Shown here: in pieces, positions 7,344-16,102 of the stretch | Layout: every line of letters starts with the position of its first letter | Numbering within the stretch: the first letter of the stretch is position 1 | DNA from: Candidatus Saccharimonadota bacterium | GTDB lineage: Bacteria; Patescibacteriota; Microgenomatia; UBA1406; GWC2-37-13 | Reading direction: 5' to 3' | DNA: 32,000 bases | NCBI GenBank assembly: GCA_016432445.1 | Contig: CP066689.1 | Span: forward strand, 450,001-482,000 | Program-made: the position numbers and the translations under genes | The notes under the pieces: model-generated | The model's input: the letters and a program-made list of their open reading frames with translations, nothing else | Database searches by the model: none | Told to the model about the DNA's origin: nothing

Positions 7344-9185
7344 TCAACTGTAGGGAGCTTCATATTTTTTTAATTTTTTGGCGAGCTTAGTAGTTTCGTT
7401 AAGTAAATTTTCAACCTCACTGATACCTCTGTTCCAAAAAAATTTATCAGAGATATCAATGCCTAGTTTCAGGAAGATATTTCTAGGTGATTCTGAAGTA
7501 CCTGCCGATAAAAATTCCTTAACTTTTTCAATAGATTGAGGATCTTTTCTAACTAAGCTTTGGAGTGACTTTGAGATAAGAAGACCGCTGGCATAAGAAT
7601 AAACGTAAAAAAAATATCGGACATGCTGCCAATAAAGCCACCAATTTTCCGAGCCTGCCGATTGTTCTACGTATTCGCCCATATAATCAGACATATTTTT
7701 TTGAAAAATTTTTCCAATAATATCTTTGGGTAAATAACCTTTATTACGATAGAGTTTGTGCAGTTCAAGTTCAAATTTGTAGAGTGCAATCTGTCTGAAT
7801 ATAGTTGAAATATCGCTATTTAATTTCATCATCATCAAATTAAGACGTTCATGCTCATCAGCTTCTTTTAAGACTTCCTCAAGCACAAAATCTTCCATAA
7901 AAGTTGAAGCAACTTCGGCGGTTGATGTAGGAGTGGCAAAATTAAGAGCATTTTGTTTTGTTTTTATCAGTTCATTGTTTATACCATGTCCAAGTTCATG
8001 AGCAATGGTTAGGGTATCATCAAGCTTTCCGCCAAAATTAAGCAAAATAAAAGTGGGTTCTGAGATTAAGTGATAAGCGCAAAAAGCTCCACCTCTTTTT
8101 CCTTTTTTTGGATAAACATCAATCTGTCCGTTGGCGCTGAATCTTGTAAAGATATCATCAAACTCCTTATCTAAATTTTTAAAAACTTTATGAATCAACT
8201 CTACAGATTGATTATATGTATAGTTTTTGTTGATATCTCCATAAGGAACATTTCTTTCATGATACTTCAGTTTTTTTACTTTTAAGAGTTTTGCTTTCAA
8301 TTCATAGAATTTTTGGGAAATATCAAAGCGTTTGCTGACAGATTTAATGAGTGCTTCAACCGTAGAAGTATCAATATCATCATGAAGATGACGGGAATAA
8401 TCAGGACTGGGAATCTTTCGGAGTTCATCATCAATCTTTTTATTTTCAACTATTGAGTTAAGTTCTTCAACTGCAACATCACTGTATTTTTTAAGTATCT
8501 CATTGAAAGCGCGGGCTGCTTCGTCACGTACTTTTTCATTAGTGCTGTCAACAAGACTTAATATTTCAGAAAATGATTTTTTTACTTTTGTACCATCTTC
8601 AAGCAAAACTTTTCTTTCCTCTTTTGACAAGAAAGACGCTGTCATTTTTACCCAGTTTTCATAAGCGGGTACTGATTTGAGACTCAATATATTTTCCTCT
8701 TCCTCTGATAATAGATGTTTGGATTCTTTAAAAATTGTTTCAAGGAAATGTTTATATGGTGAAAGTAGGGGATGCAGATCTGCGTCCCGTACATATTTTA
8801 ATAATCGTTTTTGGTTCTCAGGTGAAATCTTTGCCAATGAAAGATAAAAGAAACGCATTTTATTATCGATTTTATTTTTGAAATCTTGGGTTTGATTGTA
8901 TTTGGATCTTAATTTAGGATCAAGTTGATCTTTTTCATATCTTAAATGGAAGTAATAGCCTTCTTTTCCTGCGTCAGCATAGTTGGTATTGAATTCGTTA
9001 TATTCATCTAGCGCTTCCTTTAAAACAGATGGGTTTTCAAGATAATCCTTCCGGTTACGCCATTTTTTTACAAACTGTTCACTATTTTCCTCAATAATCT
9101 TGCGGTTTTTTTTGATCTCAGGATCATTATCTCTTTTATAAAGTGATGATAAATCCCATTCTGTTTGGTTATTTGTTTTTTGCAT
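7344..9185 (-). CDS. pepF: Oligoendopeptidase F (M3B family)
   Basis: 613 aa with TIAHELGHGINN (HExxH) in the position and context typical of PepF. Overlaps the alaS 3' end by 17 nt. Confidence 0.85.
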   Translation of the reverse strand: MQKTNNQTEWDLSSLYKRDNDPEIKKNRKIIEENSEQFVKKWRNRKDYLENPSVLKEALDEYNEFNTNYADAGKEGYYFHLRYEKDQLDPKLRSKYNQTQDFKNKIDNKMRFFYLSLAKISPENQKRLLKYVRDADLHPLLSPYKHFLETIFKESKHLLSEEEENILSLKSVPAYENWVKMTASFLSKEERKVLLEDGTKVKKSFSEILSLVDSTNEKVRDEAARAFNEILKKYSDVAVEELNSIVENKKIDDELRKIPSPDYSRHLHDDIDTSTVEALIKSVSKRFDISQKFYELKAKLLKVKKLKYHERNVPYGDINKNYTYNQSVELIHKVFKNLDKEFDDIFTRFSANGQIDVYPKKGKRGGAFCAYHLISEPTFILLNFGGKLDDTLTIAHELGHGINNELIKTKQNALNFATPTSTAEVASTFMEDFVLEEVLKEADEHERLNLMMMKLNSDISTIFRQIALYKFELELHKLYRNKGYLPKDIIGKIFQKNMSDYMGEYVEQSAGSENWWLYWQHVRYFFYVYSYASGLLISKSLQSLVRKDPQSIEKVKEFLSAGTSESPRNIFLKLGIDISDKFFWNRGISEVENLLNETTKLAKKLKKYEAPYS

Positions 9186-10989
9186 AAATTCTATAAATAT
9201 TGTTTCCTATTTTCTCAAATTTATAAATACTGATCTTACCAATTTCTTTGGTATTTTTGACATGAGGGCCTCCGCAAAACTCTTTTGAATAAACGTCGTA
9301 AGGAACGGTTTTAAACCGTTCCCTACCAATAAAATAAACCTTTACTATATCTGGATATTTTTGTTTGAAAAAAGATTTAGCTCCAAGTTTTAAAGCCTCG
9401 TCTTTGGGAATATCTTTATAATAAACATCAAGTCCTTCTTCAACTTTTTTATTAACAATATTCTCAACTTCCTTAATTTCTTCATCAGTTGGTTTTCTTG
9501 AAGAGGTGAAATCGAAACGTAATCGTTCACCAGTTATATTTGATCCAACTTGAGAAACATCAGAACCGAGTAAATCCGTTAATGTTTGATTGATTAAGTG
9601 AGTTGCCGTGTGGTAACGAGTTGTTTGAACGCTTTGATCAGCTAGTCCTCCTTTAAACATTCCAGCAGAGGCAGACCGTGATAATTCCTTATGTTTGTTA
9701 AACTCGCTGACAAATTCATCGCGGTTTATTTTTTGACCTTTATTTTTTAATATCTCTTCGGTTATTTCTAAAGGAAATCCATAAGATTGATATAAATCAA
9801 AAGCAATCTTACCTGTTATTTCTCCTTTTAGTTGAATCAGTTTCTCTATTTCTTTTAAGCCTTTATCCAGACTACTAGTAAACTTAAATATTTCTGGACC
9901 AATTTCATTATCAACAATCTTGCCTGTAGTGTCATCAAAATAAACTTCTTTATAAGTTTCTATAACACTTTGAGCAACTGCCATAATATCTTGTTCATTT
10001 ATTTTTTTCTCTAGGTTTTTAAACTTTATGGTAGCTTTTCTTAACAAACGGCGGAGGATATATCCTTGTTCTTTGTTTGAAGGTTTTACTCCCTGCGCAA
10101 TCAAGAAAGTAGAAGCTTTTATGTGGTCAGCGATAATCCGCATTGCTGATTTATTTTCATAATATTTTTTTCCTGAAACATCTTCAACTGCTTTTATTAT
10201 TTTTGAGAAAACATCTGTTTCAAAGATATCAGGGTTATTATTGATTGCGGCAAGCATTCTTTCGATGCCGCCGCCAAAGTCAACATTTTTTTGAGGAAGT
10301 TCTTGCAAAGTACCGTCGCCGATTTTTTTGTATTGTATAAATACAGAATTACCAATTTCCATAAATCTTCCGCATTCACAATTGGGTTGACATTCTTTTC
10401 CAAATCTTTCGTCATGAGGAGTGCCAAAATCATAAAACACTTCAGAGTCAGGTCCGCCGATTTCCCCTACAGGCATCTTATCAGGTGTTCCAGATCTTGA
10501 CCACCAATTAGCTTCAATTCCATAATAATGGATATGTGATTCTTCAACTCCTAAATCCTTCCAGGTTTTGGCGGATTCTACATCACGAGGTACCATATTA
10601 TCGCCTTCAAAAATGGTGAAGTGAAGTTTATTTTTTGGTAATTTAATAACTTTTGTTAAAAATTCAAAGTACCATGAGAGCTGTTCTTTTTTAAAGTAAT
10701 CGCCCAAAGACCAGTTGCCCATCATTTCAAAAAAAGTATCATGACGGTTATCTCCGACTTTATCCATATCTTGAGTGCGGATACAAGGCTGAATATCAAA
10801 TAATCTTTTTCCTAAAGGGTGTGGGTTCGCACCTGCAAGGTAAATTACCAGGGGCTGCATGCCTGAACTGGTGAAAAGTGTGGTTGGATCTTCTTTTAAT
10901 ACAAGAGGAGCAGGAGGTACTTCTTGATGACCTCTTTCTTTCCAGAAATCCGTAAATAACTGGCGTAAGGTGGTATGATTCATTGTCAT
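9169..10989 (-). CDS. alaS: Alanyl-tRNA synthetase, short form lacking the C-Ala domain
   Basis: FTSSGMQP, WSLGDYFK and GGGIER form the catalytic core. HTATHL and CGGPHV are the editing-site zinc ligands. The protein ends ~30 aa after CGGPHV at 606 aa. Confidence 0.93.
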   Translation of the reverse strand: MTMNHTTLRQLFTDFWKERGHQEVPPAPLVLKEDPTTLFTSSGMQPLVIYLAGANPHPLGKRLFDIQPCIRTQDMDKVGDNRHDTFFEMMGNWSLGDYFKKEQLSWYFEFLTKVIKLPKNKLHFTIFEGDNMVPRDVESAKTWKDLGVEESHIHYYGIEANWWSRSGTPDKMPVGEIGGPDSEVFYDFGTPHDERFGKECQPNCECGRFMEIGNSVFIQYKKIGDGTLQELPQKNVDFGGGIERMLAAINNNPDIFETDVFSKIIKAVEDVSGKKYYENKSAMRIIADHIKASTFLIAQGVKPSNKEQGYILRRLLRKATIKFKNLEKKINEQDIMAVAQSVIETYKEVYFDDTTGKIVDNEIGPEIFKFTSSLDKGLKEIEKLIQLKGEITGKIAFDLYQSYGFPLEITEEILKNKGQKINRDEFVSEFNKHKELSRSASAGMFKGGLADQSVQTTRYHTATHLINQTLTDLLGSDVSQVGSNITGERLRFDFTSSRKPTDEEIKEVENIVNKKVEEGLDVYYKDIPKDEALKLGAKSFFKQKYPDIVKVYFIGRERFKTVPYDVYSKEFCGGPHVKNTKEIGKISIYKFEKIGNNIYRIYAKNK

Positions 10990-10997
10990 AATGTAAA

Positions 10998-11006
10998 ATT
11001 ATATCA
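10998..11006 (-). promoter_or_regulatory. Extended -10 (TGATATAAT on the minus strand) 8 nt upstream of the alaS ATG
   Basis: Minus strand reads ggTGATATAATtttacattATG. No SD. Confidence 0.45.
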
Positions 11007-11036
11007 CCAGGAACGGATTGTTTCATTACTGTTCAT

Positions 11037-11102
11037 GTCATTGCGAGCGTAGCGAAGCAATCTAGAATGAGATTGCCACGTCACTACATTCCTCGCAATG
11101 AC
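11037..11102. repeat. 66-nt nested inverted repeat. Outer arms GTCATTGCGAG/CTCGCAATGAC, inner arms GCAATCT/AGATTGC, loop AGAATG
   Basis: Read directly. It is GC-richer than its surroundings and lies in the alaS/nnrD divergent spacer. Both arms contain GTAG when read 5'-3' toward the loop. Confidence 0.7.
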
Positions 11103-11111
11103 CTAAATACT

Positions 11112-11972
11112 ATGCAATTAATCAAAACTGCCGACTTAAAATCTATTGAACCATTTCTTAAGGAATTATATATTCCTCCTGCGGATTCTCATAAAGGACA
11201 AAACGGCAAGGTACTAATTATTGGTGGGTCAGAACTTTTCCATGCATCATCCCTTTGGTCAGCGGAGGTGGCTTCACATTTTGCAGATATGGTTCATTTT
11301 TCATCGACTAAAGAGAACAATGAAATTTTTTTATCTTTAAAAAAGAAATTTAGAAACGGTATTGTTATTAACAGAAGTGATTTAGATTACTACATTAAGG
11401 AAGATGATAGTATTTTGATTGGTCCCGGCATGATGAGAATTGGTGAAACACATAATTTAACTAAATATGTTATTGAAAATTTTCCTAATAAAAAATTTGT
11501 TTTTGATGCCGGTGCTTTACAGATGATGGATCATCAATGGCTGTATTTACTAAAAGAAAAACCAGTTCTTACACCTCATCCTGTAGAGTTTAAAAGATTG
11601 TTTGGTATTCATCTTCAAGACTTATCACGGGAAGAAAAAATACATATAGTTGAAAAAACGGCCAAAAAATATAACTGCATACTTTTGGTAAAGGTAATTG
11701 TCGATATTGTTTCTGATGGTGAAAAGACTTATGTAATAGAAGGAGGCAATGCCGGTTTGACAAAAGGAGGGACAGGGGATGTATTGGCAGGATTATGCGC
11801 TTCGCTGTTTGCTAAGAATTCTGCTCTTAATTCCGCAGTTTTATCATCGTACTTTATAAAAAAAACAGCTGATGAACTTTTTTCAACTGCTGGTTTATGG
11901 TATCGAACAAGCGACATTATAGTAAAATTACCTCAAATTTTTAAGAAAATAGTTTATAATAGAACAGCATGA
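11112..11972 (+). CDS. nnrD: ADP-dependent NAD(P)H-hydrate dehydratase (YjeF C-terminal type)
   Basis: HKGQNGKVLIIGGS and GGTGDVLAGL motifs. The start is moved from 11067 to the in-frame ATG at 11112, because the first 15 track codons lie inside the palindromic element. Confidence 0.8.
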   Translation: MQLIKTADLKSIEPFLKELYIPPADSHKGQNGKVLIIGGSELFHASSLWSAEVASHFADMVHFSSTKENNEIFLSLKKKFRNGIVINRSDLDYYIKEDDSILIGPGMMRIGETHNLTKYVIENFPNKKFVFDAGALQMMDHQWLYLLKEKPVLTPHPVEFKRLFGIHLQDLSREEKIHIVEKTAKKYNCILLVKVIVDIVSDGEKTYVIEGGNAGLTKGGTGDVLAGLCASLFAKNSALNSAVLSSYFIKKTADELFSTAGLWYRTSDIIVKLPQIFKKIVYNRTA

Positions 11973-12400
11973 AAAAAGAAACGATTATTGCCATTGTTTT
12001 AGGAATTGGCTTAGGCGTTATTGTTGCAGTTGTTTTAGTTATACAAAATAGAGCCGCTCAGATTAAACGTTCGAAACCTATAACTACCGCTTTAAATAGT
12101 ATCCCAACTCCTTTAGTTAAAAATATTAATGTTGAGGTATTAGAAATTAATAATCCGCAAAGCGGTGAAATAGTAAGCAGTAAATCAGTTACTATAAAAG
12201 GAAAAGTAGCTCAAGGATCTTTGGTAATTATCCAATCACAGATAAAAACGCAGATAATAAAAGATTCTCCAGAGAAACTTGAGATTGATTTTCCATTAGC
12301 CATGGGTGAGAATATTATTCATATTACGGTTTATCCTAAAGATCAGCAAATAAACTCCAAAGAAAAGGAATTAAAAATTTATTATCTTGACGAAAAGTAA
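11969..12400 (+). CDS. Hypothetical membrane-anchored protein (one N-terminal TM, beta-rich ectodomain)
   Basis: 143-aa ORF. ATGA overlap with nnrD and a 1-nt overlap with the next ORF suggest translational coupling in an nnrD-to-secA operon. Confidence 0.6.
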   Translation: MKKETIIAIVLGIGLGVIVAVVLVIQNRAAQIKRSKPITTALNSIPTPLVKNINVEVLEINNPQSGEIVSSKSVTIKGKVAQGSLVIIQSQIKTQIIKDSPEKLEIDFPLAMGENIIHITVYPKDQQINSKEKELKIYYLDEK

Positions 12401-13158
12401 TGAAAAAAATAACTATTATAACTATTATAACGGTTATAACATTTATAACTGTTATACAAATGACTGAAGTAACAGCCCAAACCCCGCTCAGCGGGGCTCA
12501 AACTAAAACAGCAACTCTTAGTTCAACTTTATCCGAAGTTAAAGGAGCTTCTACAGAAGCTAGTATAGTTGAAAAAGAGATACAAAATCTAAAAGAAAAA
12601 ATTGCTACAAAGGTGGCCGAACTAAGAAAAAAGAATCTAAAGGCAATTGCCGGTTCAGTTACAGAGAAAACTAAAAACAGTTTTAAAATTACGGCATCTT
12701 CTGAAGATGATTATCAAGTAAATACAGACTCAGACTTAACTAAGTTTTATCTTATTTCCGGTAGTCAAAAAAAAGAAATAAAATCAACTGATCTAGAAAA
12801 AAAATCTTACATTATAGTCAGCGGTCCTGTAGCAGATAAAACTATTAATGCCAATGTTATTTATCAAGATGAACAGTATTTAGTAAAAGCAGGAAAGGTA
12901 ACGGAAGTTAATACTGATGATGAGCTCATAAAAGTTTTAACTACTGATAAAGATAATTTTACGCTGGATTTAGTGACATCAACAAAAATTCAGCTTATGG
13001 ATAGTAAAACGCAAGAGGTTGAAACAGCAAAATTGTCTAAAGTCAAAGAGGGGGACACGATACATTTTGTAGTAAAAAAAACCGGTGAGGAAAAAGAGCT
13101 TAATCGTTTTTCAGCAGAAAAAATTTTGATTATTCCCCAAGAATACTTTATTAAATAG
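12400..13158 (+). CDS. Hypothetical secreted or anchored protein
   Basis: 252-aa ORF. The hydrophobic N-terminus (ITIITIITVITFITV) is followed by a coiled-coil-like region and then a beta-rich region. Confidence 0.6.
   Translation: MKKITIITIITVITFITVIQMTEVTAQTPLSGAQTKTATLSSTLSEVKGASTEASIVEKEIQNLKEKIATKVAELRKKNLKAIAGSVTEKTKNSFKITASSEDDYQVNTDSDLTKFYLISGSQKKEIKSTDLEKKSYIIVSGPVADKTINANVIYQDEQYLVKAGKVTEVNTDDELIKVLTTDKDNFTLDLVTSTKIQLMDSKTQEVETAKLSKVKEGDTIHFVVKKTGEEKELNRFSAEKILIIPQEYFIK
12409..12453 (+). repeat. Five tandem 9-bp units (ATAACTATT, ATAACTATT, ATAACGGTT, ATAACATTT, ATAACTGTT) encoding the signal/anchor hydrophobic core
   Basis: Read directly. The units are in frame and translate as ITI-ITI-ITV-ITF-ITV. 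Confidence 0.85.
12479..12498. repeat. In-frame copy of the AACCCCGCTCAGCGGGG palindrome inside the 12400 ORF, encoding TPLSGA
   Basis: The 17-mer is identical to 4714-4730 and is GC-rich in an AT-rich gene. Confidence 0.8.
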
Positions 13159-13159
13159 A

Positions 13160-16033
13160 ATGTTAAATATCTTCAAAAATTTTTTCGATTATAATGCGCA
13201 GGAAGTTAACAGACTGAAAAAGAAAGTATATGAGATTAATGCTTTGGAAGATAAGACAAGAAATTTAAAGGATGAGGATTTTAAAAAAGAAACGGAAAAA
13301 CTGAAAAAAAATATTTCTTCCCAGAAACAGACACTTGATGAGATTCTTCCTTGGGCTTATGCTTTAGTCCGTGAAGCTGCCAGAAGAGTGCTTGATCAAA
13401 GACATTTTGATGTTCAACTTATTGCTGCAGTTGCTCTGCATGAGAAAAAAATAGTTGAGCAGAAAACCGGAGAAGGAAAAACTCTTACGGCTACGGCGGC
13501 TTTGTATTTGAATGCCTTAACCGGAAAAGGAGTTCATCTGGTTACAGTCAACGATTACTTAGCAAGAAGGGATGCCGGCTGGATGGGACAAATATTTCAC
13601 TTTTTAGGCATGATAACTTCAGCTATTATCTCCGATACTTCATTTATTTTTGATCCTGATTACACCGATGTGGAGGCACGAGACTCAAGATTAGCCCATC
13701 TTCGGCCAATTTCGAGAGCGCAGGCTTATCAGGCAGATATAACTTATGGTATTAATAGTGAGTTTGGTTTTGATTATTTAAGGGACAATATGGTTCAGTC
13801 ACCTGATCAAGTAGTTCAGCGAGGTTATTATTTCGCCATAATTGATGAAGCTGACTCAGTTTTAATCGATGAAGCCAGGACACCTCATATTATTTCGGCG
13901 CCATATGAAGAAGATGTTAGGAAATATTATGATTATGCAAGAATAGTAAAAATATTAGATCCAAAAACCGATTATGTTATTGACGAAAAACTAAGAACAG
14001 CCAATTTGACAGAAGAAGGAATTAAAAAAATTGAAAAAACACTGGAAGTAAGTAATATTTACGAAAAAGATTTTGATACACTTTTTCATATCGAGGCGTC
14101 TTTAAAAGCAGAGACTTTATTTAAAGCCGATAAAGATTATATTGTCAAAGATGGAGAAGTAATTATCGTTGATGAGTTTACTGGAAGACTTCTTTATGGA
14201 CGAAGATTTTCTGAAGGTCTTCATCAGGCAATAGAAGCTAAAGAAAGCGTTTCTATTCAGAGAGAATCAAAAACCTTAGCTACTGTTTCACTTCAAAATT
14301 ACTTCAGAATGTATGAAAAACTGGGCGGGATGACCGGAACTGCGGCTACTGAAACTGAAGAGTTTCATAAAATTTACAAGGTTGAGGTGCTGACTGTGCC
14401 TACTCACAGACCTATGATACGAAAAGATGAACCTGACATGATTTATAAAACTGAGAGGGCAAAATTTAATGCTGTAGCTGAGGATATAGCGTCCAATTAT
14501 AAAAACGGAAGGCCGGTTTTAGTGGGTACAACCTCAATTGAAAAAAATGAAAGGCTTTCTCGACTGCTTCATCAAAAAGGAATTCCTCATCAAGTCTTAA
14601 ATGCTAAAAACCATCTTGAGGAGGCTCAGATTATCGCTCAGGCTGGTGAAAAAGGAGCAGTTACTGTCGCTACCAATATGGCCGGACGAGGTGTTGATAT
14701 TATTTTAGGGGGCGCTCCGCCTGACCCTTCGGCAGATTCGACAGGCTCACTGCAAGCAGGCTTAGGGCAAAGGGACAATAAAAAGAAAGACCAAGAAAAA
14801 TGGCAAAAGAAGCATGATGAAGTAGTCTCAGTAGGAGGACTTTACGTCATAGGTACTGAAAGGCATGAGTCAAGAAGAATTGATAATCAGTTAAGAGGCC
14901 GTTCAGGAAGACAAGGCGATCCTGGAGAAACGAGATTTTTTGTGTCGCTTGAGGATGATTTAATGCGTATTTTTGGAGGCGAACAGATCGCTAAACTAAT
15001 GAACTTTTTGAAATTTCCTGAAGACCAGCCTTTAAGCCATGGAATGGTTTCAAAAGCTATAGAACAGTCGCAGATTAAAGTTGAGGGATTCAATTTTGAT
15101 ATCAGAAAGCATTTGGTTGAGTATGATGATGTTTTAAATAAACAAAGAGAGATTGTTTATAGTCTAAGAAAAAAAATTCTAACTGAACCTGAGGGAGATA
15201 CTGAAGAATTTAGAGATACCCTCGATGATATTTTCCATGAAGAGATTTCCCTTATTGTTAATAACTTCATGGTCTTAAAGGAAAATTATACCGAGGAAGA
15301 TTTTCAAAGATTTAAGAAAGAATTGTTTTTTGTAGCTCCTAAGTATGAAAGCGAGCTGAGAACTTTAATAAAAAAAGGAAATTTTGAAGAATTGCAAAAC
15401 TTTTTGGAGGAAAAGATGGATGATCAGTTTACCAAAAGAGAAAAAGAGCTTAGCAAAAAAATTTGGTTTGATGTTATCCGCATGATTTTCTTATCAACAA
15501 TTGATAGGTACTGGACAGAACATCTAACTGCAATTGACGATTTGAGAGAGGGAATTAACCTAAGAGGTTATGCCCAGCTTGATCCTTTGGTTGAGTATAA
15601 GAACGAAGCATTTTCCATGTTTGAAAGATTGATTACCTCTATTTATTTTGAAGCCACAAGAGGCATATTTTCTGTTGAGATAAAATTAGAAAAGCCTGAA
15701 TTAAAAAACGAAGATGATAACTCAAATAAAGAAATTAAGGTAGCTAAATCTTTGCCAAATAAAAAAGATGAAAGAAGAGTTTATCAATCAGCTTCAAGAG
15801 TTGATCCTTATAAGGTAACACAACAGCAAGAAACTTCAGAGTTAAGGGTTCAGAGTTCAGAGCAGAAAACCTTAAACCCTCAACCATTAACCCATAACGA
15901 GTCAACGCAAATTGATGGCTTTAAAATAATTCCTCCGGGTACTTCAGCCAATAATCTTGGTCGTAACGATCAATGTCCTTGCGGATCAGGAAAAAAATGG
16001 AAAAAATGCCACTACCCAAATATTCCAGCATAA
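13160..16033 (+). CDS. secA: Preprotein translocase ATPase SecA
   Basis: 957 aa with GEGKT, DEADSVLIDEARTP, TERHESRRIDNQLRGRSGRQGDPG and the C-terminal zinc finger CPCGSGKKWKKCH. Confidence 0.97.
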   Translation: MLNIFKNFFDYNAQEVNRLKKKVYEINALEDKTRNLKDEDFKKETEKLKKNISSQKQTLDEILPWAYALVREAARRVLDQRHFDVQLIAAVALHEKKIVEQKTGEGKTLTATAALYLNALTGKGVHLVTVNDYLARRDAGWMGQIFHFLGMITSAIISDTSFIFDPDYTDVEARDSRLAHLRPISRAQAYQADITYGINSEFGFDYLRDNMVQSPDQVVQRGYYFAIIDEADSVLIDEARTPHIISAPYEEDVRKYYDYARIVKILDPKTDYVIDEKLRTANLTEEGIKKIEKTLEVSNIYEKDFDTLFHIEASLKAETLFKADKDYIVKDGEVIIVDEFTGRLLYGRRFSEGLHQAIEAKESVSIQRESKTLATVSLQNYFRMYEKLGGMTGTAATETEEFHKIYKVEVLTVPTHRPMIRKDEPDMIYKTERAKFNAVAEDIASNYKNGRPVLVGTTSIEKNERLSRLLHQKGIPHQVLNAKNHLEEAQIIAQAGEKGAVTVATNMAGRGVDIILGGAPPDPSADSTGSLQAGLGQRDNKKKDQEKWQKKHDEVVSVGGLYVIGTERHESRRIDNQLRGRSGRQGDPGETRFFVSLEDDLMRIFGGEQIAKLMNFLKFPEDQPLSHGMVSKAIEQSQIKVEGFNFDIRKHLVEYDDVLNKQREIVYSLRKKILTEPEGDTEEFRDTLDDIFHEEISLIVNNFMVLKENYTEEDFQRFKKELFFVAPKYESELRTLIKKGNFEELQNFLEEKMDDQFTKREKELSKKIWFDVIRMIFLSTIDRYWTEHLTAIDDLREGINLRGYAQLDPLVEYKNEAFSMFERLITSIYFEATRGIFSVEIKLEKPELKNEDDNSNKEIKVAKSLPNKKDERRVYQSASRVDPYKVTQQQETSELRVQSSEQKTLNPQPLTHNESTQIDGFKIIPPGTSANNLGRNDQCPCGSGKKWKKCHYPNIPA

Positions 16034-16086
16034 TAGGTAGCTTACCTAAAATAAAAATTCTGTTTTCATGTCTTGGATAATTGGTT

Positions 16087-16095
16087 TGTTATACT
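16087..16095 (+). promoter_or_regulatory. Extended -10 (TGTTATACT) 7 nt upstream of the ATG at 16103
   Basis: Reads ttTGTTATACTatatatcATG. No SD. Confidence 0.45.
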
Positions 16096-16102
16096 ATATA
16101 TC

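Noticed and set aside
11067-11111. N-terminal 15-codon extension of nnrD (MRLPRHYIPRNDLNT)
   Set aside because: The ATG lies in the loop of the 66-nt nested palindrome, and the extension is simply the right arm of that element read in frame. The homologous YjeF-C domain begins after the ATG at 11112.
12409-12453. CRISPR-like arrays (the 9-bp tandem repeat here and the repeats at 17137-18026)
   Set aside because: The 9-mers are contiguous, without spacers, and in frame within an ORF. The 17-18 kb repeats flank a transposase gene, are few and irregularly spaced, and no cas genes are present.
15835-15905. Possible hairpin or element in the SecA C-terminal linker (SELRVQSSEQKTLNPQPLTHNE, with GGGTT...AACCC words)
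   Set aside because: Only short (5-6 bp) imperfect complementarity is present, and the region is a naturally variable low-complexity linker before the zinc finger. There is not enough evidence to call it an insertion.
16073-16102. TTG-initiated extension (MDNWFVILYI) of the HExxH protein, and the TTG codon at 25288 ahead of glmS
   Set aside because: Both are non-ATG starts lying on top of the predicted -10 boxes. The ATG at 16103 fits the leaderless spacing. GlmS must begin Met-Cys for its N-terminal nucleophile.
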